Shown: piece after piece, positions 39,532 through 39,837 of the stretch
Layout: each line of letters begins with the position of its first letter
Numbering within the stretch: the first letter of the stretch is position 1
Assembly: GCA_001189105.1 (NCBI GenBank)
Contig: LFCL01000023.1
Coordinates: 5,562 to 45,398, forward strand
DNA length: 39,837 nucleotides
DNA from: Parcubacteria bacterium C7867-002
GTDB taxonomy: Bacteria; Patescibacteriota; Minisyncoccia; Phycocordibacterales; PALSA-1337
Direction: 5' to 3'
Translations under genes and position numbers: made by a program
Notes under the pieces: generated by a model
What the model was told of the DNA's origin: nothing
Database searches by the model: none
The model's input: only the letters and a program-made list of their open reading frames with translations

Positions 39532-39795
39532 ATGACACCATTACTACATTCCGAAGTCTTTTTCTTTATTTCATCTATTGGCTTTATCATTCTCGGACTC
39601 TTGGTCGCCATCCTCATTGTTATGACGATGCGAGCCATTGCATCTATTTCCCGAATTTTGGACAAAGTAGAATCGAGTATGGATACTATCGGTGATGCGA
39701 CGATGGATCTGATCGAAGAGGTTCGCGATCACGCGTTCTTTCGCATGATTTTTGGCGGCAAGAAAAAACGTCCTTCAAAAACACCTCGTAGTTGA
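39532..39795 (+). CDS. Small single-TM coiled-coil protein
   Basis: MTPLLHSEVFFFISSIG...; TM then amphipathic helix; TATACT-6 nt-ATG fixes the start. Confidence 0.7.
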   Translation: MTPLLHSEVFFFISSIGFIILGLLVAILIVMTMRAIASISRILDKVESSMDTIGDATMDLIEEVRDHAFFRMIFGGKKKRPSKTPRS

Positions 39796-39837
39796 TGCGA
39801 ACATGGATACAAAAGAGGTATACTAGAAAGGGCGATA

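Overview
A ~40 kb piece of a streamlined bacterial chromosome. Gene content, compact intergenic regions and a type IV pilus locus without a secretin point to Patescibacteria/CPR, probably Parcubacteria (inference). Core genes: pyrG, ftsEX, a shortened prfB, ogt, gatCA, ligA, a type IV pilus/competence cluster (pilM, N/O/P-like, pilB, a stand-alone receiver, pilT, pilC, pilins, pilD, divergent comF), tyrS, an Fe-S-less mutY, recG, ftsH and an orphan membrane histidine kinase. Six tRNA genes lack encoded CCA: Thr-GGT, Asp-GTC, Met-CAT, fMet-CAT, Ser-GCT and a rare Ile-TAT. Notable signals: (1) an unannotated locus between prfB and tRNA-Thr with two terminator-bounded structured RNAs, one 6S-like; (2) tandem copies of the tRNA-Thr 5' end in its own leader; (3) a miniature element built from the tRNA-Met 3' end; (4) many core genes look leaderless (-10 box 6-7 nt before ATG), while three orphan cassettes have their own promoter, Shine-Dalgarno site and terminator; (5) one cassette encodes a twin-arginine protein whose C-terminus resembles Verrucomicrobia exported proteins; (6) ogt and mutY start 5-9 nt after tRNA 3' ends; (7) Cys metal sites are lost in PilB, ComF, LigA and MutY. 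No CRISPR array, rRNA, transposase or integrase was seen. All assignments come from reading motifs by eye; no searches were run.
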